Made by a program: the position numbers and the translations under genes. Of a stretch of 64,000 nucleotides of DNA, positions 57,924-64,000 are shown piece by piece. Position 1 is the stretch's first letter, and each line of letters opens with the position of its first letter. The stretch comes from a virus (Duplodnaviria > Caudoviricetes): IMG/VR virus record IMGVR_UViG_3300017766_003232, positions 1 through 64,000 of that record. The stretch is one strand, 5' to 3'. The notes beneath the pieces are model-generated. The model was not told where the DNA came from. It searched no databases and was given only the letters and a program-made list of their open reading frames with translations.

Positions 57924-59231
57924 ATGAGTTTAAGAAAAAACAATAACATCACTATGGCTTTGGTAGGTAAAGCAAGTGTGTTAACTTCAAGTTTACCTGC
58001 TGTTGGTGCACAAGTAACACCAGCTAATTTACCAATCGGTGCATTGGTATTGACAGACTTATCTAATAGAAGAATTTCTTCTTTAACGACAGGTCAAGAT
58101 TTTATAATTGTTCAAGGAAATGGTTCTGACAAACCTTTGTTGAAAACACCTATCTTGAATGAAGCTAGAATCAAAAAAACTGTTGGTGCTCACAGAGCTG
58201 CAAAACAACAAATTACAACAATCGGTTTTGATCCTACATTAAACACAGGTTCTTTACCAGTAGCAAATTCGACTTCTTACTCAATCAAAATCCGTAAAAA
58301 CGATAATGATTCTGCTAACCAGTCTCAACCAATGCCATTATCTGTTCAGTTTAAAACTGATTCTACAGGTACGCAAAAAGAATTAGCATTTGGTTTAGCT
58401 TACTATGGTAACTTAAACTTTGCTGATGAATTAGGAAATGGTTACTTAAAATTTGATGTAGTTTGTAACGCTGCAGGTTCTGCATTAGGAGCTGCTCCAG
58501 ATACAGTTGTTGGTCTTGCAGGAAGCAAAACATTAACTTTAACTGACACAGGTGCTAACAACTCTATGTTTGCTGTTGCAGTTGGAGATTTAGTTAGAAT
58601 TGGTACTGCTACTTCTGCTGAGATTTTCTTAGTAAAAGCATCTACTGCTACTTCTACTGCTGGTGGTGTTTTAACTTTAGATCGTCCATTAAAAGCTGAT
58701 GTATCTTTATTAGGAACAACTGCTTACTTCATTACTGCTGCTGCTGCTGCAACTGCTAACTTTGGTTTAAGAATTACAGGTATTGAAAACAAATTTGATG
58801 TTACAAAATTCCGTAACTACTATGCAAATAGATTTTCTGTTACTTTCTCTGATTCTTCTACGCAAGTTACAAAAGTACAAGGTGCATTTGATGGTGTGGG
58901 TGTATGGCAAAAAGTTGCTCTTGATGAGTACATGACTTACGGATTTGAAGGTCAAAACACAGTTATGGATACTCCAGCAACTCCTCGTTACCAATTTGTT
59001 CAATCATCTGCAACTTCTGGTTCAATTGATACAAACAAATATTCTGCTTACCAAATCGAATGGGTAGAAGATGTAAGAGGTTTAGTTTCTGTAGTTCCTG
59101 CAAAAGGTTCTGTAATTCTTTACTTGAACTTGGATCAAACTACTTTAGGTGTAGTTCCATCTACTGCTGCTGAAGCTGCATTAGTTACTGCACTTGGAGG
59201 AACAGTTTCAGACTTTACTCAGTTGAGCTAA
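57924..59231 (+). CDS. Putative auxiliary capsid (decoration) protein
   Basis: 435 aa, Thr/Ala/Gly beta-rich, MCP-like optimal codons, own terminator; position as in crAss auxiliary capsid genes. Confidence 0.55.
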   Translation: MSLRKNNNITMALVGKASVLTSSLPAVGAQVTPANLPIGALVLTDLSNRRISSLTTGQDFIIVQGNGSDKPLLKTPILNEARIKKTVGAHRAAKQQITTIGFDPTLNTGSLPVANSTSYSIKIRKNDNDSANQSQPMPLSVQFKTDSTGTQKELAFGLAYYGNLNFADELGNGYLKFDVVCNAAGSALGAAPDTVVGLAGSKTLTLTDTGANNSMFAVAVGDLVRIGTATSAEIFLVKASTATSTAGGVLTLDRPLKADVSLLGTTAYFITAAAAATANFGLRITGIENKFDVTKFRNYYANRFSVTFSDSSTQVTKVQGAFDGVGVWQKVALDEYMTYGFEGQNTVMDTPATPRYQFVQSSATSGSIDTNKYSAYQIEWVEDVRGLVSVVPAKGSVILYLNLDQTTLGVVPSTAAEAALVTALGGTVSDFTQLS

Positions 59232-59247
59232 GATCTCCCAATATATC

Positions 59248-59288
59248 AGTAGTTCGTCACTAATTTTGCTGTCAGTGGCGAACTATTG
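59248..59288 (+). terminator. Intrinsic terminator
   Basis: CAGTAGTTCGTCACT...AGTGGCGAACTATTG followed by a T-run. Confidence 0.7.
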
Positions 59289-59317
59289 TTTTTTATTTAT
59301 AAAGTTAAATTTTACAT

Positions 59318-60340
59318 ATGAAAATTTTAAAATTAAAAGATGGAGAAAACATTAAAGAAGATGCATATCAAATACAACTTTATAAAAGCATAAACGATGG
59401 AAATGTTTATTATGGAGATTTCAATGGTCAAAGAATACAGATAAATAATTCTGACACACCTGAAATAAGAAATGTATATTCTGATTTAATTGCAAATAAT
59501 ACTACATCATCAACAACATCAATACTAGAATATGGTATTAATGTATTTTCTACTGCCACTTCTACAAACAATTCTTGTAAATTACCTCAACCTAAAACAG
59601 GAAGAAGTACTGTTATTGTAAATAATACATCTAATTCTATACTTTTATTTCCATCTAATATTGGAGGTAAAATAAACAATTATGCTATTAATACTCCAGC
59701 TGTAATACCAGCAGATGGTAAACCTTATACATTTGTATGTACTAAAAATCCATTGCCTGGTGAATGGACATGGGATGCTCCTTCAACAGGACAAATCCTT
59801 ATAAGTGAAATTAGTATTAATCATACTAATGGAACTCCATCAGGAGGTTATGGATATTCTACTGCAACTTTAGGTAGTGCTAGTGCTGTATTAGATGGAT
59901 CATTGGCAAATATTGTATTAACAGGAAATTGGTTAAGTGAAAACACACCAACTACTTTAATGAAAATGAAAACATATACAAATATTTTACCTACTGATTT
60001 ATTAAACACCTCTATACCAAACTCTATTCAGGTAGGTTTATATCAGGTTTTTAAACCTACAGCAACTACAATATCTTTTACTCCTCAAATTAATTCTGTA
60101 TTTGGACCTGCTCCTAGCTTTTTTGCTCCTGTAGGAACATTAAATACTCCTGCTCAAGTAGGAGATACAGGTACTCATTACTCTATATTACCAGTTACTG
60201 TAGGAAACAATGGAACAACTGATCAATTAGGTATAGGAGGTTTATATTCTAGAGCTTTTTATAATTTTGGTATTGGTATACCAGCAAGTGCAGCTACTAA
60301 ACTATACAAGTTTAAAATTATACTAGAAGTTATACAATAA
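59318..60340 (+). CDS. Putative virion fibre/decoration protein
   Basis: Thr/Pro/Gly-rich beta composition; N-terminal module shared with the 62189 fibre. Confidence 0.5.
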   Translation: MKILKLKDGENIKEDAYQIQLYKSINDGNVYYGDFNGQRIQINNSDTPEIRNVYSDLIANNTTSSTTSILEYGINVFSTATSTNNSCKLPQPKTGRSTVIVNNTSNSILLFPSNIGGKINNYAINTPAVIPADGKPYTFVCTKNPLPGEWTWDAPSTGQILISEISINHTNGTPSGGYGYSTATLGSASAVLDGSLANIVLTGNWLSENTPTTLMKMKTYTNILPTDLLNTSIPNSIQVGLYQVFKPTATTISFTPQINSVFGPAPSFFAPVGTLNTPAQVGDTGTHYSILPVTVGNNGTTDQLGIGGLYSRAFYNFGIGIPASAATKLYKFKIILEVIQ

Positions 60341-60439
60341 GCATTATTAATTAAAAGATAAATCAATTTAATAAAACAATAATGAATATTATTGTTTTAT
60401 TATTTTGTTTATATTTGTAAAAAAATAAAATTTATACAA

Positions 60440-61045
60440 ATGGCACTTATTCCAAAAATATCAATAAATATTAAAAATACTTGTAACAAAATTGATGTTT
60501 GGGAAAAAACAGATCCTTATAACGCATCTACTAATCTAGGTGGTTGGGGAGTTCCTAATATCGATACATCATATTTCGATGATGCTGATATTAAGATATA
60601 TGATTTATCGAACAATTTGGTTCAAACAATCATGATGCGTGATAACGGAACAAATGTATATAGTGGTCTTATAGGTGCACCAACTCCTTCTACATTTAAA
60701 GCATACTCTGATATAAATTGGTCACAATTAGATGGTGTATATAAGATTGTATACACAATTATTGATGAAGATAATGTTACGTATACAAATGATAGTCAAT
60801 ATGTATTATTCACATGTAATTTATGTAATTGTTTAGACAATTTAATAATTAAGATGTCAGCAATGTGTTCTGGTGAAAAACTTACAAAATATAAAGAAGT
60901 TGTAGATCAATTAGAAATTTTCAAATATGGTATTGAAACTGCATTTGCAAATTGTGATTTTACAAAGGCAACTGCGTTATTAGAAAATGCATCAACATTA
61001 TGTACTACATTTTCTGATTGTGGATGTGGTTGCGATGATTGTTAA
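60440..61045 (+). CDS. Putative tail fibre hub/collar protein with Cys-rich C-terminus
   Basis: TATATTTG promoter at 60410-60417 supports ATG 60440. DGVYKIVYTI Ig-like segment; ends CTTFSDCGCGCDDC. Confidence 0.5.
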   Translation: MALIPKISINIKNTCNKIDVWEKTDPYNASTNLGGWGVPNIDTSYFDDADIKIYDLSNNLVQTIMMRDNGTNVYSGLIGAPTPSTFKAYSDINWSQLDGVYKIVYTIIDEDNVTYTNDSQYVLFTCNLCNCLDNLIIKMSAMCSGEKLTKYKEVVDQLEIFKYGIETAFANCDFTKATALLENASTLCTTFSDCGCGCDDC

Positions 61046-61071
61046 TTAATTGATTTTTAAAATATTATAAT

Positions 61072-61890
61072 ATGTGTAATTGTGATGATTGCGGTGGAAT
61101 AACGCTGTTTAAAGGACAAAAAGGAGATACTGGAGCAACAGGTGCAACTGGAGCAACAGGATTGAATGGTGCTAATGGTGCTAATGGTACTGATGGAACT
61201 AATGGAATACATGGTGGCTTTTCATCAAATTGGTTATTTTCAACATCTATTACATCAACTTATCCTACTTCAACTTTTTTAAAATTTGATAGTACTACAT
61301 ATAGTGCTGTAACAAATATTAAAGTAAATGTTTCAAACATAGATAACACTAATATGACTAATTTCTTAAATTCATTTAAGAATACAATCAATAGTGTTAA
61401 TAACTATGGTTTAATTAGAATATATGAAAGTATAGATTCTAATACTTTTTGGATGGGTAAAATAACATCTGTAAATGCTTTAGATGCTACTACTTTTAAT
61501 ATTGGAGTAGAGCACATACAATCTAATGGAACATTTTTAAATACAGATAGTATAATTGTTGATTTTACCCCATTTGGTACAATATCTAGTACAAAAACAA
61601 CTGTGTTAGCAATAGGTTCTTGGGATATGTTAACATCTGCAACTAAAGTATTAACACATGGATTAGTTGGTTCTGATATTATATCTGTAACAGGAATTTT
61701 AAGAAATGATGCTGTAGATGCTTATTACCCTATTCCTTATAGTTCACTTTCAAATAGTATAGATTTATATATATCATCAATTGATAACACATCAATAACA
61801 TTGATAACAAAAACAGGTAGTATTTTTCAATCTTCTAACTTCAATGAATCAGCAATGAATAGAGGTTATATAACAATTATAACTCGTTAA
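61072..61890 (+). CDS. Collagen-like repeat tail/fibre protein
   Basis: GQKGDTGATGATGATGLNGANGANGTDGTNG G-X-Y repeats; starts MCNCDDC. Confidence 0.75.
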   Translation: MCNCDDCGGITLFKGQKGDTGATGATGATGLNGANGANGTDGTNGIHGGFSSNWLFSTSITSTYPTSTFLKFDSTTYSAVTNIKVNVSNIDNTNMTNFLNSFKNTINSVNNYGLIRIYESIDSNTFWMGKITSVNALDATTFNIGVEHIQSNGTFLNTDSIIVDFTPFGTISSTKTTVLAIGSWDMLTSATKVLTHGLVGSDIISVTGILRNDAVDAYYPIPYSSLSNSIDLYISSIDNTSITLITKTGSIFQSSNFNESAMNRGYITIITR

Positions 61891-61892
61891 TT

Positions 61893-62189
61893 ATGTGTGA
61901 ACCATTTGAAATAACAGATTATGATAATATACCTCCAGATGTATGTTATAAACTTGTTATATGGAGTTTACAACAAAAATATTCTAATTTGACATACTCT
62001 TATTTACAAAATATTCAATTTGGTAATTTTTGTAATGGTGAATTTGAAAGAGTAAAAATGTTTAAAAGAGCATTAATGGTTTTAAATAGATATGACATTC
62101 GTGATATTGTTTCTAATACTACAGAATATAATTTAATTACTTATACAGAAATTAAAAAAATTATAAATATTCTTAAAAATAATTACTAA
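61893..62189 (+). CDS. Hypothetical tail-module protein
   Basis: 98-aa helical ORF coupled to the fibre gene (TAATG). Confidence 0.55.
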   Translation: MCEPFEITDYDNIPPDVCYKLVIWSLQQKYSNLTYSYLQNIQFGNFCNGEFERVKMFKRALMVLNRYDIRDIVSNTTEYNLITYTEIKKIINILKNNY

Positions 62190-63841
62190 TGAACAAGATT
62201 CCAAAAAGGTTACATAGGGATATAGCAAATGAAGATTCTCAATCTGTAAATTTGTATAAATCATTAGACGATGGTAAACTTTATTACAAAGATATAAATG
62301 GTAAAACAATTACTATTTCTAATCCTGAGCCAATTAATACTCCTGAATTTAATGTTTATTTTAATCAATTAACTCCAACAACTTTAGGTGTAGTATTTAC
62401 AAATGTTGATGGTACTCCAGGATTAGGTGCACAAGAAAATACATTATATGTATCTTCTATTAACTCAAGTACATGGATTTATTCAAATGGTTCTTATGTA
62501 ACACCTACAATAACTGATAGCACACCTTTTTATATTCAAAATACCACATTAGATGCTGGAGATAATAAAACATTATCTATTTATAGAACTGGTTCTATAG
62601 GTATAGGTGGAAGTGCTTTAAATACAGATAAATTTGCTGTAATAAACTCAGGTGTTAGAAGTTTAGTTGTTGATGTTAATGGATATGTTTATAACAGAGG
62701 TGGAGGTAGTATATCTACCAATACAGCATATGGACAAAATGTATTAAAATTAAATACAGCAGGAACATCAAATACTGCAATTGGCTATAATGCATTGAGA
62801 GATAATACAGCATCAGCTAATACAGCGGTAGGAACAAACGCTTTATATCAAAATACTACTGGTAGTAATAATGCTAGTATTGGTAGTACATCATTAAGTA
62901 GTAATCAAACTGGTGGAAATAACACAGCTGTCGGAAGTGGTTCTTTGTCTACTAATATATCTGGTAGTGATAATACATCTGTTGGAACTGGTACTTTATC
63001 TGTAAATACTGCAAGTTCAAATACTACTGTTGGGTATAGATCTTTATATTTAAATACTACAGGTTCATTAAATGCAGCATTAGGTCACTCGGCATTAAGA
63101 AGCAATTCTACAGGCTCAAATAATACAAGTTTTGGAGCAAATGCTTTACTAAATCTGACTACAGGTGGAAGCAATACAGCCATAGGGTATGGTGCAGGTT
63201 CAGGTATAACTACAGGTTCTAATAATACTATTATAGGTGTAGTTTCTGGATTATCTGCAACTTTAGCTAATAATGTTATCGTAGCTGATGGATCAGGAAA
63301 TGTTAGATTTAAATCTGATTCTACTGGTGCAATAGCAATAGGAGTAAATAATACATCTGATGGAGTTGCTTCACTTGCTATGGGACAAGGTAGTAATACA
63401 TTTACTCAATATGGTAGAATAGCTATTTCTTCTGGAAACATTACTGCTATTGGAGATGTTCAAAAATCTTTTTATATATTAAAAGGTAGATCATCTAGTG
63501 CTTCTGCAAAAACATTAACATTAGATAATTCATCTTCAGGAATAGTTTTACAAAACAACAATGTGTTTAGATTTAAAGGATCTATTGTAGGTAAACAAAC
63601 TGGTACAACAAATATTGGAGTTTGGGATATTGATGGAATTGTAGTTAGAGGTACAAGTGCTGCTACTACAACAATTGTTGGTACACCTACAATAACTTCT
63701 ATATCAAATTTAAGTACATGGGGTACACCAACAATAACTGCTGATACTACAAATGGTGGTTTAACTATCAATGTAGTAGGATTAGCTGCAACAAATATTC
63801 AATGGATAGCAGATATTCAAACATCAGAAATAATTTATTAA
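62189..63841 (+). CDS. Tail fibre / receptor-binding protein
   Basis: Tandem ~14-aa NTA(I/V)GxxAL repeats (adhesin-head-like beta-roll); Thr/Gly/Ser-rich. Confidence 0.8.
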   Translation: MNKIPKRLHRDIANEDSQSVNLYKSLDDGKLYYKDINGKTITISNPEPINTPEFNVYFNQLTPTTLGVVFTNVDGTPGLGAQENTLYVSSINSSTWIYSNGSYVTPTITDSTPFYIQNTTLDAGDNKTLSIYRTGSIGIGGSALNTDKFAVINSGVRSLVVDVNGYVYNRGGGSISTNTAYGQNVLKLNTAGTSNTAIGYNALRDNTASANTAVGTNALYQNTTGSNNASIGSTSLSSNQTGGNNTAVGSGSLSTNISGSDNTSVGTGTLSVNTASSNTTVGYRSLYLNTTGSLNAALGHSALRSNSTGSNNTSFGANALLNLTTGGSNTAIGYGAGSGITTGSNNTIIGVVSGLSATLANNVIVADGSGNVRFKSDSTGAIAIGVNNTSDGVASLAMGQGSNTFTQYGRIAISSGNITAIGDVQKSFYILKGRSSSASAKTLTLDNSSSGIVLQNNNVFRFKGSIVGKQTGTTNIGVWDIDGIVVRGTSAATTTIVGTPTITSISNLSTWGTPTITADTTNGGLTINVVGLAATNIQWIADIQTSEIIY

Positions 63842-63853
63842 TAAATAGAAAAT

Positions 63854-64000
63854 ATGAAAATAAAAACATTAGTTGCTGTAAGTTATAATTCTGGAATTGC
63901 AAGTCAAGAAACTTCTATTATTGAAGGAAAAATAAATTTTGTCTCACATGACTATTTACGAAAAGCATATACTTTTACTTTTCAATATGTAAATGAAAAT
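63854..64000 (+). CDS. Partial ORF after tail fibre (possible fibre chaperone)
   Basis: MKIKTLVAVSYNSG... open to the window end. Confidence 0.5.
   Translation, partial: MKIKTLVAVSYNSGIASQETSIIEGKINFVSHDYLRKAYTFTFQYVNEN

Noticed and set aside
60392-60439. Track start for the 217-aa tail protein
   Set aside because: The extension (MFYYFVYICKKIKFIQ) spans a TATATTTG promoter; ATG 60440 is more plausible.
2444-63771. Short opposite-strand or overlapping ORFs in the track (e.g. 2444, 3879, 8064, 11364, 18229, 19736, 36741, 43283, 43308, 48674, 58767, 63472)
   Set aside because: They are shadows of longer real genes, or low-complexity ORFs with implausible composition and no regulatory context.
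1-64000. Stop-codon reassignment (TAG/TGA), common in some crAss-like lineages
   Set aside because: All long genes (vRNAP, PolB, TerL, portal, MCP) are intact in code 11, coding density is high, and I found no suppressor tRNA.
1-64000. CRISPR array or mini-array
   Set aside because: No repeat-spacer pattern seen. The 43734-43797 repeats have a 23-bp period with no spacers, and no cas genes are present.

Overview
This window is 64 kb of a very AT-rich crAss-like phage genome (Crassvirales-type architecture), read in standard code 11. The host is probably Bacteroidota/Flavobacteriia, judged from TAnnTTTG promoters. There are three blocks. (1) 1-15631 (+) holds giant virion proteins: a virion RNA polymerase (vRNAP) split over two genes with a ferritin gene between them, the catalytic half fused to a zincin protease and a Dda/RecD-like helicase, followed by a large ejection-type protein. 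(2) 15684-46300 (-) holds replication/repair genes (ligase, degenerate UDG, PD-(D/E)XK nuclease, RusA, primase, SSB, AAA ATPase, DnaB, SF2 helicase, PolB), many small early genes (SPL-like radical SAM, mini-kinase), a tRNA-like element with an oversized insert, candidate structured RNAs, a non-coding origin/terminus-like region, and a groES-thyX-mazG operon. (3) 46576-64000 (+) holds HTH/HU genes, terminase, portal, major capsid protein, head/tail proteins and tail fibres. The most striking observation is that the ~5,000 visible residues of the three giant virion proteins contain only four cysteines, all at facing termini. This suggests a head-to-tail covalent or metal-clasped chain of ejected proteins. 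All product calls come from motif recognition by eye; no database searches were run.
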